From Deltaproteobacteria bacterium (GTDB lineage: Bacteria; Desulfobacterota; Desulfomonilia; UBA1062): a stretch of DNA of 64,000 nt. The stretch covers positions 39,957 through 103,956 of the forward strand of contig DAOPXM010000009.1 of NCBI GenBank assembly GCA_035352355.1. The letters run 5' to 3'. The notes under the pieces were generated by a model, which did no database searches, was not told the origin of the DNA, and saw only the letters and a list, made by a program, of their open reading frames with translations. A program made the translations under genes and the position numbers. Shown here piece by piece: positions 9,337 to 19,177 of the stretch (position 1 is the first letter of the stretch; each line of letters opens with the position of its first letter).

Positions 9337-10995
9337 ATGATACTGGGAATTGATGTGGGTGGGACCCATACCGATGCGGTCTGCATCGATGGGGGTGCCG
9401 TCCGGGCAACAGCAAAGACCCTGACCGTGGGCGATCTCGTGCACTCCATCCGGGAGGTGATCCGTGCACTGGACATAGACTGCCGGAAGGTGGAGCGCAC
9501 CATCCTCTCAACCACCCTGTCCACCAACGCGATCATCGAGAAGACCTTTGCGCCTGCTGGCATGATCATATCCGCCGGCCCGGGCATCGACCCGAGGAAC
9601 TACTTCCTCACCGACGACTTCCACCTCGTGTCCGGGGCCATTGACCACCGGGGAAGGGAGTACATCCCCATCCGACCTGACGAGATCAGGGGCGTGTCCT
9701 CGAAGCTGAAGGCAAAGGGCGTGTCAGGCGTGGGCATCGTGTCGAAGTTTTCGGCCCGCAACCCCGCCCATGAGCAGGGCATCCATTCCCTCATCAAGGG
9801 TGACTTCGAGCACGTCTCAATGGGGCATACCTTGAGCGGCAGCCTGAACTTTCCCCGGAGGATCCACACCACCTTTTTCAACACCTCGGTCATGCCCGTC
9901 CAGAAGCGTTTCATGCTCTCGGTCCGGCAGGCGCTCGCCGAGCTGGGCATCGAGTCGCAGCTGCTCTTCCTCAAGGCGGACGGCGGCACCTATCCGGCCT
10001 CCGCCACCGAGCTCTACCCCGTCGAGACCATCCTATCCGGGCCGGCGGCGAGCATGATGGGCGGGCTTGCCCTGAGCACCGACCCGGGCATCACGACCCT
10101 GGTCATGGATATCGGGGGGACCACCACCGACATCGGGATCCTCATCCAGGGGGTGCCCATCCTGGAGCCCAAGGGGGTGAGCATCGACGGGCTGAAAACC
10201 CTCGTGAGGGGGCTCAAGGTTGTGTCCGTCGGTGCCGGAGGAGATTCCTGCGTTTCTCTCGTGGGAGGCGAGCTCCGGGTGGGGCCTCATCGTGAAGGCC
10301 CGCCCGTTTGCCTCGGGGGCCCGATGCCGACGCCCATGGATGCGCTGGCAGTCCTGGGGAGCTTCCCCTCGGGCAACATCGACAAGGCCAGAAGCGCCAT
10401 CGCGCCCATTGCCGGAGTACTGGGCGTCGGGATCGAGGACGTGTCCCGGCAGATCGTCTCGGCCCTGGTCAGGAATATGCGGGACAAGGCCCGGGAGTTC
10501 ATCGACGAGGTGAACAGGTACCCGGTCTATACCATCTACGAGATGCTCCACCCCGAACTCGTGGAGCCCAGACAGGTCCTGGCCATCGGCGGGCCCGCCG
10601 CACAGCTCAGGCCTTTCCTGGAGGACGCCTTCGGCATGAAGTGCGTGGTGCCCGGGCACGCCATGGTGGCCAATGCCCTGGGAGCCGCCCTGGCCAGGAC
10701 CACCACCCAGATCACCATGGTGGCGGACACCCAGCTGGGCCGCATGGTCTGCCCCGAGATGGGGATCGATGAGAAGGTGGGTTCCTCCCTGACCATGGAA
10801 GACCTCAAGAAGCAGGGGAAAGGCATCCTGACCGAGCATCTGGCGCTCCAGGGCATCACGGGCAACCTCGAGATCAGCATCCTCGAGGAGCAGACCTTCA
10901 ACATCGTGCGGGGGTTCAGCTCGGCTGGCAGGAACTTCAGGCTCAAGCTCCAGACCAAGCCCGGCATCCTCGACCAATGGAGTGTCACATGCTGA
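9337..10995 (+). CDS. hydantoinase/oxoprolinase-family (ASKHA ATPase) protein
   Basis: MILGIDVGGTHTDAV at the N-terminus and a second nucleotide motif LVMDIGGTTTDIG. Start trimmed to the ATG at 9337, which has GAGGTGA upstream. Confidence 0.85.
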   Translation: MILGIDVGGTHTDAVCIDGGAVRATAKTLTVGDLVHSIREVIRALDIDCRKVERTILSTTLSTNAIIEKTFAPAGMIISAGPGIDPRNYFLTDDFHLVSGAIDHRGREYIPIRPDEIRGVSSKLKAKGVSGVGIVSKFSARNPAHEQGIHSLIKGDFEHVSMGHTLSGSLNFPRRIHTTFFNTSVMPVQKRFMLSVRQALAELGIESQLLFLKADGGTYPASATELYPVETILSGPAASMMGGLALSTDPGITTLVMDIGGTTTDIGILIQGVPILEPKGVSIDGLKTLVRGLKVVSVGAGGDSCVSLVGGELRVGPHREGPPVCLGGPMPTPMDALAVLGSFPSGNIDKARSAIAPIAGVLGVGIEDVSRQIVSALVRNMRDKAREFIDEVNRYPVYTIYEMLHPELVEPRQVLAIGGPAAQLRPFLEDAFGMKCVVPGHAMVANALGAALARTTTQITMVADTQLGRMVCPEMGIDEKVGSSLTMEDLKKQGKGILTEHLALQGITGNLEISILEEQTFNIVRGFSSAGRNFRLKLQTKPGILDQWSVTC

Positions 10996-12299
10996 CTGCG
11001 AAGAGAAAGACCGGCCTGATCTTCTTCCCGGCCTATGACTGGGAGATCAGCCCCACCCATCCGGAACGCCAGGAGAGGCTCCTGTACACCCAGGACCAGG
11101 TGCTCGAGGAAGGCGTGCTCGACATCGAGGGCATCAAGGAGTTCAAGGCCGGCCTGGCCACGGACAAGGACATCTGCAGGCCGCACTTCTGCGTGCCGGA
11201 CGTGGACTCCCGCATCACGCCGTCGCACAACGTCTCGGCCGGAGGCTGCATCGAGGCGGCCCGTCTCGTGCTCGAGGGGACGGTGGAGCGGGCCTTCGCC
11301 CTGGTGCGTCCCCCGGGCCACCATGCCATGCGGGTCGTCCAGGGCGCCAGGGGCTTCTGCAACATCAACATCGAGGCCGTCATGATCGAGTGGGTGCGGA
11401 AGCACTACCCCCGCATCAAAAAGATCGCGGTGGTGGACACGGACTGCCACCACGGCGACGGGACCCAGGACATCTACTGGCACGACCCGAACGTGCTCTA
11501 CATCTCGCTCCACCAGGACGGCCGGACCCTGTATCCCGGCTCCGGCTTCCCCGAGGAGTTCGGCGGCCCCAACGCCCGGGGCATGACGCTCAACGTCCCG
11601 CTCCCCCCAAGGACGAGCGACGCAGGCATCCTGCACGTGATCGAGAACTTCGTCCTGCCGGTGATCGACGACTTCAAGCCCGACCTCATCATCAACTCCG
11701 CGGGCCAGGACAACCACTACTCGGACCCCATCACCAACATGTCCTTTACCGCGGGCGGGTACGCCAGGCTCAACGAGCTGCTTTCCCCCCACATAGCCGT
11801 CCTCGAAGGCGGCTACTCCATCGAGGCCGCGCTCCCGTACGTGAACACGGGCATCATCCTGGCCCTGGCAGGGGTCGACTACTCCTACATCCGGGAGCCC
11901 GACCTCAACCCCGACCGCATCAGGGAAGACCCGCGAATCATCGACTACATCAAGAACCTCTGCGACAAGCTCCTCGACATGTGGAACGCCCGCGGCACCA
12001 TCGACGTGCCCGAGCCGGGGCTCCAGCAGAGGCGCAGGAACATCTTCTACGACACGGACGGCATCACCGAGAACCAGAACGAGGTCATCAGGGTCTGCAC
12101 CCTGTGCCCCGGTGCGTTCAGGATCGACTCCAACGCGGACACCGGGTACCGCATCCTGGGCGTCCACATCCCCTGGGGCGCGTGTTCGAGGTGCAGGGAG
12201 CAGGGCCTCTCGTGGTTCGAGGATGCCGACGCCGACCGGTATTACGCCGTATATCTCCAGGACATGGACAATGACGAGTACTGCGTAAAGGTCACATGA
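10989..12299 (+). CDS. histone-deacetylase-family Zn amidohydrolase with a C-terminal 4-Cys tail
   Basis: RPPGHHA, DTDCHHGDGTQ and LEGGYS catalytic motifs. C-terminal CTLCPG...CSRCREQG. The ATG at 10989 (GGAG 6 nt upstream) overlaps the upstream stop by 7 nt; 10977 is an alternative start. Confidence 0.9.
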   Translation: MLTAKRKTGLIFFPAYDWEISPTHPERQERLLYTQDQVLEEGVLDIEGIKEFKAGLATDKDICRPHFCVPDVDSRITPSHNVSAGGCIEAARLVLEGTVERAFALVRPPGHHAMRVVQGARGFCNINIEAVMIEWVRKHYPRIKKIAVVDTDCHHGDGTQDIYWHDPNVLYISLHQDGRTLYPGSGFPEEFGGPNARGMTLNVPLPPRTSDAGILHVIENFVLPVIDDFKPDLIINSAGQDNHYSDPITNMSFTAGGYARLNELLSPHIAVLEGGYSIEAALPYVNTGIILALAGVDYSYIREPDLNPDRIREDPRIIDYIKNLCDKLLDMWNARGTIDVPEPGLQQRRRNIFYDTDGITENQNEVIRVCTLCPGAFRIDSNADTGYRILGVHIPWGACSRCREQGLSWFEDADADRYYAVYLQDMDNDEYCVKVT

Positions 12300-13192
12300 G
12301 GATCAGGAGAAAGGACAAGGTCGTACTTGCCCTGGGGGCGGGAGGCGCCCGGGGGCTCGCCCACATCGGGGTGATCCGTGCGCTGGCGGAGGAGGGCATC
12401 CCCATCGACGGCATCGCGGGCATCTCCTTCGGCGCCATCGTGGGCGCGCTCTACAGTCTGCACCTCGATATCGGCACGGTGCAGGAGAAGCTCCGGGAAT
12501 ACCTGAAATCGCCCCTGTTCCAGGAGACCGAGCGGGAGATGGAGGTGCCGGACCCGGATCGGGCGCTGGGCTTCCTCGAGCGGCTCCAGTCCACCATCAA
12601 GAAGGGCTACTTCTACACGAGGGCCTTAAGCCGCACCTCCGTGATAACCCCCGAGGCCTTCGTGCTCCACATGAGGGAGCTGGTGGGCGACCACGTCTTC
12701 ACAGACCTGAACATCCCCTTTCACTGCTCGTCCGTGGACCTCATCACCGGAGGCCCCATCATCTTCTCCGACGGACCCCTGGTGACCGCGCTCCAGGCGA
12801 GCTGCGCCACCCCCGGCTTCTTCCCCCCCGTGAGCCTCCACGGCATGCTCCTCGTGGACGGAGGCGTGGCGGAGATAGTGCCCGTGTTCCTGGCAAAGAC
12901 CTTCAGGCCGGATTTCATCATCGGCGTGGACGTGTCCCGGGAGATCGAGCCCATCAGCGAGCAGGGGCAGATCCACCACAGCCTCGATGTAGTCTTCCGG
13001 AGCTACGAGCTCACCCGCGACTTCATCAACGTCTACACGAGCAGGGAGCTCGACGTCGTGATCCGCCCCCAGATCGGCTCCAGCGACTGGTCGGACTTCA
13101 AGTTCTTCGACCACTACGTCGAGGAAGGCTACAAGGCGGCCAAGGCAAGGATGGCCGACATCAGGAAGAAGATTTTCTGGGTGGACTGGTAA
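12296..13192 (+). CDS. patatin-like phospholipase
   Basis: LALGAGGARGLAHIGV (oxyanion GGxRG), GISFGA (GxSxG) and a DGG catalytic Asp motif (LLVDGGVAE). ATGA overlap with the HDAC stop. Confidence 0.9.
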   Translation: MRIRRKDKVVLALGAGGARGLAHIGVIRALAEEGIPIDGIAGISFGAIVGALYSLHLDIGTVQEKLREYLKSPLFQETEREMEVPDPDRALGFLERLQSTIKKGYFYTRALSRTSVITPEAFVLHMRELVGDHVFTDLNIPFHCSSVDLITGGPIIFSDGPLVTALQASCATPGFFPPVSLHGMLLVDGGVAEIVPVFLAKTFRPDFIIGVDVSREIEPISEQGQIHHSLDVVFRSYELTRDFINVYTSRELDVVIRPQIGSSDWSDFKFFDHYVEEGYKAAKARMADIRKKIFWVDW

Positions 13193-13239
13193 TGTCCACT
13201 GATCCGGCGCCTGGTGCTGAATCAATGCTTGAATAAGTG

Positions 13240-13270
13240 AAAAGCCCCGGACGGGTGTTCCGTCCAGGGC
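13240..13270 (-). terminator. candidate terminator for the SDR gene in a convergent gap
   Basis: Hairpin CCCCGGACGG-gtgtt-CCGTCCaGGG. On the minus strand it is followed by TTTT (plus-strand A-run 13240-13243). Confidence 0.45.
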
Positions 13271-13335
13271 CTCCCTGTTCCGGCTTTTCTGCTTCCGGCT
13301 CTAACTTCTTCTTCCGTGCCGAGCCCCCTGAAGAA

Positions 13336-14121
13336 TCACATCGCCCCCTGGCCGCCGTCGAGGGGGATGATGGCTCCGGTCATGAAATCGGAGGCCTTGG
13401 AGGCGAGATACACGGCAAGGCCCTTGACGTGGTCGGCTTCGCCGAACATGTGCAGCGGAATCCCGCCCAGCATGATGTCGAGGATGGGCTTCATGTCGTC
13501 CTTGAAGACATACTCCATCATGTCCGTGCGGAAGAAGCCGGGTGCGATGCAGTTGACGTAGATCTTGTAGCGGGCGAGCTTCACGGCCAGGTTCTTGGTG
13601 AGGATCTCCACGGCCGCCTTGGAGGGGTTGTACGGCAGCGCCGGGTGGCCTTCCTCGATGGAGCCCCGGGAGGCCATGATGGACGAGATGTTGATGATCT
13701 TGCCGCCGCCCTGGTCCTTCATGATGTTCGCCGCCTTCTGGGAGAGGATCCACACCCCGCGGGTGTTCACGGCAAAGATCTTGTCCCACTTCTCCAGGGG
13801 GAACTGGAGGGTGGGCGCACCCCAGGTGATGCCCGCGTTGTTCACGAGGATATCGATCTTCCCGAACTCCTTCATGGTAGCGTCCACCAGGTTCTGGATG
13901 TCTTCTTCGGAAGAGGTGTCGCACTTGACCGCCAGGGTCTTCACGCCCAGCGCTTTCAGATCGTTGCACGCCTCCTCGCACTTCTGGATCTTCCGGGATG
14001 CGATCACTACGTCTGCGCCAGCCTCGGCCAGGCCCTCGGCGATGAACCTGCCGATGCCCCTGCCGCCTCCGGTCACGATAGCCGTTTTGCCCTTGAGATT
14101 CATCAACTCATTGACCTTCAT
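13336..14121 (-). CDS. short-chain dehydrogenase/reductase (SDR)
   Basis: TGGGRGIGRFIA cofactor motif, NNAG, and a YNPSKAA catalytic Tyr-x3-Lys; 261 aa. Confidence 0.9.
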   Translation of the reverse strand: MKVNELMNLKGKTAIVTGGGRGIGRFIAEGLAEAGADVVIASRKIQKCEEACNDLKALGVKTLAVKCDTSSEEDIQNLVDATMKEFGKIDILVNNAGITWGAPTLQFPLEKWDKIFAVNTRGVWILSQKAANIMKDQGGGKIINISSIMASRGSIEEGHPALPYNPSKAAVEILTKNLAVKLARYKIYVNCIAPGFFRTDMMEYVFKDDMKPILDIMLGGIPLHMFGEADHVKGLAVYLASKASDFMTGAIIPLDGGQGAM

Positions 14122-14164
14122 GGAACCTTCCTCCTTGTGCGTTTTGTCCCTTCCCGAACGATCC

Positions 14165-14749
14165 TCATGAAAAGGGGGTTTTCAATATCTGCTGCAGGAT
14201 CTTCAGCGAATTGCTTTCGATCTTCCTGTGGAGCGAGTCGCCCCGGGAGTCCATGGTGACGAGCGCGGGCAGGTCCTCCACCCGGAGCACCCACATGGCC
14301 TCGGGCTGGCCGAACTGCGTCAGGTGGACCTCCTCCACGCCCACGATGGTCCGTGCGATTGCCGAGGCTGCGCCTCCGGTGAGGTGCAGATACACGCACC
14401 CGTCGGTCCTCAAGGCCTCCCTCGTGGTCTCTCCCATGCCCCCCTTGCCCATGATGGCCCCGGGGTGGTGGGTCCTGATGACCTTCGCCTCGTAAGGCTC
14501 CTCGCGCATGGAGGTGGTGGGGCCCGCGGCCCTGATAACCCACGAGCCGTTCTCCTGGACCGCCACCGGCCCGCAGTGGTAGATCACGAGGCCCCTGAGC
14601 TCCACCGGGGATGCCCCGCCCGAGGCGAGGTACTTGTGGACCTGGTCCCTGGCCGTGACGATCCGCCCGGACAGGAGCACGGAATCACCGGTCCTCAAGG
14701 ACCGGGAGACATCGGGCGGCAGGGGGGAGGTGATCCTCGTCACAGCCAC
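14165..14749 (-). CDS. Fe-S hydro-lyase beta subunit (class I fumarate hydratase / tartrate dehydratase C-terminal type)
   Basis: The 194-aa product has the typical GRIVTARDQVHK...IYHCGP...GKGGMG pattern. It overlaps the alpha subunit gene by 10 nt. Confidence 0.85.
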   Translation of the reverse strand: MAVTRITSPLPPDVSRSLRTGDSVLLSGRIVTARDQVHKYLASGGASPVELRGLVIYHCGPVAVQENGSWVIRAAGPTTSMREEPYEAKVIRTHHPGAIMGKGGMGETTREALRTDGCVYLHLTGGAASAIARTIVGVEEVHLTQFGQPEAMWVLRVEDLPALVTMDSRGDSLHRKIESNSLKILQQILKTPFS

Positions 14750-15618
14750 CGGGCGATCCTCCCTTCAGGGTCGAGCTCTATGGACATGCGCCTCGTTGCC
14801 CAGCACGAGTAGCTCACCGAGACGAAGAAGCATGCCGGATGCCTGCCCGCCAGGCCGATCCTCGCGCCCAGGAGGGTGGTCTCCCCACCGAGCCCCATGG
14901 GGCCGATGCCCAGGCGGTTTGCCTCCTCCACGACCCTGCTTTCGAGCCTCCTAAGCTCAGGCACCGGGTTCGGCTCGTCGAGCCTGCGGAAGAGCATCTC
15001 CTTTGCGAGGAGAAGGCCTGAAGCCCGGTCGCCGCCGATGCACACCCCGATGATCCCCGGGGCGCACCCTTTGCCCTGTGCCTTGAACAGGGCGTCGAGC
15101 ATGCACTTCCTCACCCCGTCGAGATCCCTGCCCGCGTCGAGTTCGGCAAAGGGCAGGGAGTACTGGGTGCTCACGTTCTCGGAGCCCCCGCCCTTGAGCA
15201 TGAGCGAGACCGTGACCGGACCGTTCGACGGGATGAAGTGGACCTGCGGGACGTGCTCGCCGATGTTGGTGCCCGTGTTTTCCCCCGTGACCGGATCGAC
15301 GCAGTTCTGCCTGAGCATGCCTTTTTCGGTGAGAAGCGCCACCGCCTGCCTCAGAGCGTCGTCGATATCCTGGTATGTCTTCGAGGGCTCTCCCCTCACG
15401 ATGGCCAGGATCGTGCCCGTGTCCTGGCAGATGGGCAAAACACTGTCCCGCGACAGGTCAGCGCTCTCGAGGATGATGCGCAGGGTATCGCGGGCGATGG
15501 AGCCTTCCCGCTCCCTGTCGTATGCGGACGAGAGGGCGGCGCGGACGTCATCGGGCAGGACCGAGCTGGTCCTCTCGACGAGGGAGATCATGCTGGCAAG
15601 GAGGGCGGACTTCTCCAT
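14740..15618 (-). CDS. Fe-S hydro-lyase alpha subunit (class I fumarate hydratase N-terminal type)
   Basis: ICQDTGT, LMLKGGGSENVS and CPPGIIGVCIGG-like motifs. Start set at the ATG at 15618 (MEKSALL); the track's TTG at 15654 is also possible. Confidence 0.85.
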   Translation of the reverse strand: MEKSALLASMISLVERTSSVLPDDVRAALSSAYDREREGSIARDTLRIILESADLSRDSVLPICQDTGTILAIVRGEPSKTYQDIDDALRQAVALLTEKGMLRQNCVDPVTGENTGTNIGEHVPQVHFIPSNGPVTVSLMLKGGGSENVSTQYSLPFAELDAGRDLDGVRKCMLDALFKAQGKGCAPGIIGVCIGGDRASGLLLAKEMLFRRLDEPNPVPELRRLESRVVEEANRLGIGPMGLGGETTLLGARIGLAGRHPACFFVSVSYSCWATRRMSIELDPEGRIARWL

Positions 15619-15779
15619 CGGGATGACTATATCACAGCGCCTGATATTTTCCAAGGTAACCGCATGTGAGGCTTTGAAGTTTCATCCACGCCGGCGTGTG
15701 CGGGGCGTCAACATTTTTGCAGAAATGTCCCGGAGAAATGTGATAATGATTTTCTCAGCACACATATCCGGGTGGTCCC

Positions 15780-16340
15780 ATGGACAAGAAATCAGAACAT
15801 CCCGACGAGAGCATCCTTTCCGCGCTCCAGGGGGTGAAGAAGCGCGCGGCCAACATCCTCGACCTGGTGGAAGAAACCATCAGGGGCGTGCCGATACCCG
15901 AGACCGTCACCGTCTCGATGACGAAGAGCATCGCGGATCCGATCATGTGGATCGATGCCGAACGGGTCCGGAAGGCACTGGCAGACCTCATGATCAACGC
16001 CGTCGAGGCCATGCCCGAAGGCGGCGAGCTGGCCATCGGCATCGAGGGCGACCGCATCCAGGTGATCATCACCGTAAGCGACACGGGAAGGGGCATCTCG
16101 AAGGAAAACATGGACAACATCCTCATCCCGTTCTTCACCACCAAGCCCCCGGGCGAAGGGACGGGCCTGGGTCTGGCCACGGCCTATGCCACGGTGAAGA
16201 TGCATTCCGGGAAACTCGAGATCGAGTCGAATGCGGACCCCGACGCAGGCCCCACCGGGACGAGCGTCAAGATCGCCCTGCCCAGGGGCAGACAGATCTA
16301 CCTCGACTCCGCGAGGCTCATCATCCACGACGACGAGTGA
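15780..16340 (+). CDS. stand-alone HATPase_c (histidine-kinase-like ATPase) lacking a recognisable H-box
   Basis: N-box [10 protein letters not shown]1 DTGRGIS, F-box PFFTTK and G2 GTGLGLA. Only about 55 aa precede the catalytic domain, with no HExxxP-type phosphoacceptor motif, TM or sensor domain. Confidence 0.75.
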   Translation: MDKKSEHPDESILSALQGVKKRAANILDLVEETIRGVPIPETVTVSMTKSIADPIMWIDAERVRKALADLMINAVEAMPEGGELAIGIEGDRIQVIITVSDTGRGISKENMDNILIPFFTTKPPGEGTGLGLATAYATVKMHSGKLEIESNADPDAGPTGTSVKIALPRGRQIYLDSARLIIHDDE

Positions 16341-16471
16341 GTTCCGCATTGTCCTTGTAAGAACAATAGTATATATAGCCCGGCAGCACTATCCCGCAGA
16401 GATGTGTACGTGACCGTGCCAGAGCACCTGCGCAACCATTCATGTCACGAAACTGAGGACAGAGGAGAAGC

Positions 16472-17992
16472 ATGAGAGGGAAGATCGGGTTCGACAACGA
16501 GAAATACCTCAGGGAACAGACGCATGAGATCCTCGAGCGGGTGGAGCGGTTCAACAACAAGCTCTATCTCGAGTTCGGGGGAAAGCTCCTGTACGACTAC
16601 CACGCGGCACGGGTCCTGCCGGGGTACGACCCCAACGTCAAGATGAGGCTCCTGCACGAGCTCAGGGACAAGGCGGACATCATCCTGTGCATCTATGCCG
16701 GCGACATCGAGCGCAAGAAGATCAGGGCGGACTTCGGCATCACCTACGACTCGGACGCCATGAAGCTCATCGACGACCTCAAGACCTGGGGCATCGACGT
16801 CCTGGGCGTCGTGATCACGCGCTTCGAAGGCCAGCCCGCCGCCATCCTGTTCAAGAACAAGCTCGAGCGGCGGGGCGTCAAGGTCTATACCCATCGCTTC
16901 ACGAAGGGCTATCCCACGGACATCGACCTCATCGTTTCCGACGAGGGGTACGGCGCCAACGCCTACATCGAGTCGGACAAGCCGCTGGTGATCGTGACGG
17001 GCCCCGGGCCCGGCAGCGGCAAGCTCGCCACGAGCCTCTCGCAGCTCTACCACGACTACCGGAGGGGGAAGAAGGCCGGGTATGCCAAGTTCGAAACCTT
17101 CCCCATCTGGAACCTGCCCGTGATGCACCCGGTGAACATCGCCTACGAGGCGGCCACCGCGGATATCCGGGACTTCAACCTCATCGACCCGTTCCACCTC
17201 GAGGCCTACGGAAAGACCGTGGTGAACTACAACCGCGACGTGGACGCCTTCCCCGTGCTCAGGCGCATCCTCGAGACGATCACCGGCGGGGAGTCGTTCT
17301 ACAAGTCGCCCACGGACATGGGCGTGAACCGAGCCGGTTTTGCCATCGTGGACGACGAGGTGGTCCGGGAGGCCTCGCGCCAGGAGGTGATCCGCCGCTA
17401 CTTCCGCTACCAGTGCGAATACGCCATGGGCTTTGCGGACAAGGAGACCGTGCAGCGCGTGGAGCTGCTCATCAAGGATTTCGGCATCTCGCCCGAGTAC
17501 CGCTCTGTCGTGACGCCGTCCAGGGATGCGGCCAGGGAGGCCCAGATGGACGAGACAAAGGGCAACGAGGGGATCTACTGCGGGGCGGCCATCGAGCTGA
17601 AGGACGGGTCCATCGTCATGGGCAGCAACTCCCCCATGATGCATGCCGCCTCGAGCCTCATCCTCAAGGCCATCAAGCACCTGGCTGAGATCCCGGGAAA
17701 GATCGAGCTGCTACCCGACAACATCATCGAGTCCATCAGAAACTTCAAGACCGAGATCCTGGGGGAGAAGTCCGTGAGCCTCGACCTCGAGGAGACGCTC
17801 GTGTCCCTGAGCATCAGCGCCATATCGAACCCGGCGGCAAGGCTCGCCCTGGAGAAGATAAAGGAGCTCAAGGGGTGCGAGGTGCACATGACCCACATCC
17901 CGACGCCGGGCGACGATGCGGGCCTCAGGAGGCTCGGGGTCAACGTGACGAGCGATCCGAACTTCGCCACGAACAACCTTTTCATCTCCTGA
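16472..17992 (+). CDS. DUF1846/UPF0371-family protein
   Basis: The N-terminus GFDNEKYLREQTHEILERVERFNNKLYLEFGGKLLYDYHAARVLPGYDPN is characteristic of this family from memory; 506 aa. Confidence 0.8.
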   Translation: MRGKIGFDNEKYLREQTHEILERVERFNNKLYLEFGGKLLYDYHAARVLPGYDPNVKMRLLHELRDKADIILCIYAGDIERKKIRADFGITYDSDAMKLIDDLKTWGIDVLGVVITRFEGQPAAILFKNKLERRGVKVYTHRFTKGYPTDIDLIVSDEGYGANAYIESDKPLVIVTGPGPGSGKLATSLSQLYHDYRRGKKAGYAKFETFPIWNLPVMHPVNIAYEAATADIRDFNLIDPFHLEAYGKTVVNYNRDVDAFPVLRRILETITGGESFYKSPTDMGVNRAGFAIVDDEVVREASRQEVIRRYFRYQCEYAMGFADKETVQRVELLIKDFGISPEYRSVVTPSRDAAREAQMDETKGNEGIYCGAAIELKDGSIVMGSNSPMMHAASSLILKAIKHLAEIPGKIELLPDNIIESIRNFKTEILGEKSVSLDLEETLVSLSISAISNPAARLALEKIKELKGCEVHMTHIPTPGDDAGLRRLGVNVTSDPNFATNNLFIS

Positions 17993-17995
17993 GGG

Positions 17996-19177
17996 TCAGA
18001 TCTTTTCCACCTCGACGTATTTCCCTCGCTCGGTGAGGACCTGCACGAGCTCCCTGACGTACACCATGCGCATGGGCTCCCCCCGGATGATGTCCGCCAC
18101 CTGGTTCGGGTTGATGGCGGAGCCCACGATGAGGCGGATCTCGTCGGCCAGGAGCAGGGAGCGGGCGAGCTGGGTCGAGGCGTCGTTGTCATGGGGGAGG
18201 TCGTAGATGGTCTTCGACGTCCTCAGGATCTCCGCGGCCAGGCCCAGGGTGAGGATGCCCTCGGTGACGAGGTCGACCCCCTTCAGGCGCGCCGTGGGAG
18301 GCGATCCCTTCTTAGGTGCCGGCTCGTTCTGGCCCCGCTTCGAGGGGGGGACCCAGTTCACCACGAGCTCTTCCTTGAGCACCCGGGCCGCCAGCTGCGC
18401 CGTGGATCCGCCGCAGATGATCTTCTCGCCCTCGGAGGCCATGAGCCTCGAGACCGCGAACTCGTCGAGCTCCTTGTTGGCAGGCGGCCCCGTGAGCACG
18501 GTGGCGGTGATGGCGGGCCTGACCTTCATGCCCACCACGGTGGCGTCGTCCCCGGGCTTGTCGTCGTAGAGCTTTCTGCAGGTGTTCGTCAGGGCCTGGG
18601 TGAGCTTGTAGGTGTCGATGATGCCGGCCTTCAGGAAGCGCTGCACGGCGAGCGCGATGTTGTCCCACCCCCAGCCCAGCCGGTAGATGCCTCCCAGGCC
18701 GGCGTGGACGTACCCGTCGCTGATCATGATCATGAAGTCGTTTTCCTGAAGCGTAAAACGGGCCTCCCGGATCTTCCGGTCCTTCACCATGCGCTCTTCC
18801 ATGGGCAGCTTCACGATGGCGTGGTCCCTCACGAAGATCAGGGGGGGGCAGTCGAACTCCACGAGGTGGGCTTCCTGGCCGTTCTTCACGGTGAGCACCG
18901 CGAACGTGGCATAGGCGAGCTTGCGGACGCTGCACTCGGGCAGGGTCTCCACCAGGGTCTGGAGCACGTCTTCGAGGGGCGCCCCGGATTCGAACATTCG
19001 GGCGGCGATCTCGGACGTGAGCGTGGAGAGGATGCTCGCCTTGACGCCCGACCCCAGGCCGTCCGAGAGCACGGCCACGAAGGTGTCCGCCGTCTTGCGC
19101 ACCATGACCGAATCCCCGCACAGCTCCTCGTTGGCCTTGTTCAGGTACGACCAGGAGTATTCGACGATCTGCCTCAC
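17996..19177 (-). CDS. SpoIIE/PP2C-family Ser/Thr phosphatase with an unassigned C-terminal domain of about 150 aa
   Basis: CGDSVMV...FVAVLSDGLGSGVKASI...ATFAVLTV...MISDGYVHAG. The GTG start at 19177 overlaps the upstream stop (GTGA). The track ORF extends to 19759, which lies inside the upstream gene. Confidence 0.85.
   Translation of the reverse strand: MRQIVEYSWSYLNKANEELCGDSVMVRKTADTFVAVLSDGLGSGVKASILSTLTSEIAARMFESGAPLEDVLQTLVETLPECSVRKLAYATFAVLTVKNGQEAHLVEFDCPPLIFVRDHAIVKLPMEERMVKDRKIREARFTLQENDFMIMISDGYVHAGLGGIYRLGWGWDNIALAVQRFLKAGIIDTYKLTQALTNTCRKLYDDKPGDDATVVGMKVRPAITATVLTGPPANKELDEFAVSRLMASEGEKIICGGSTAQLAARVLKEELVVNWVPPSKRGQNEPAPKKGSPPTARLKGVDLVTEGILTLGLAAEILRTSKTIYDLPHDNDASTQLARSLLLADEIRLIVGSAINPNQVADIIRGEPMRMVYVRELVQVLTERGKYVEVEKI

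Noticed and set aside
17990-17998. Convergent DUF1846 and PP2C genes separated by only 3 nt (TGA GGG TCA), with no space for terminators.
   Set aside because: This is real in the sequence, but it is a common arrangement in compact genomes and I could not see an intragenic terminator structure, so there is no specific hypothesis to test.
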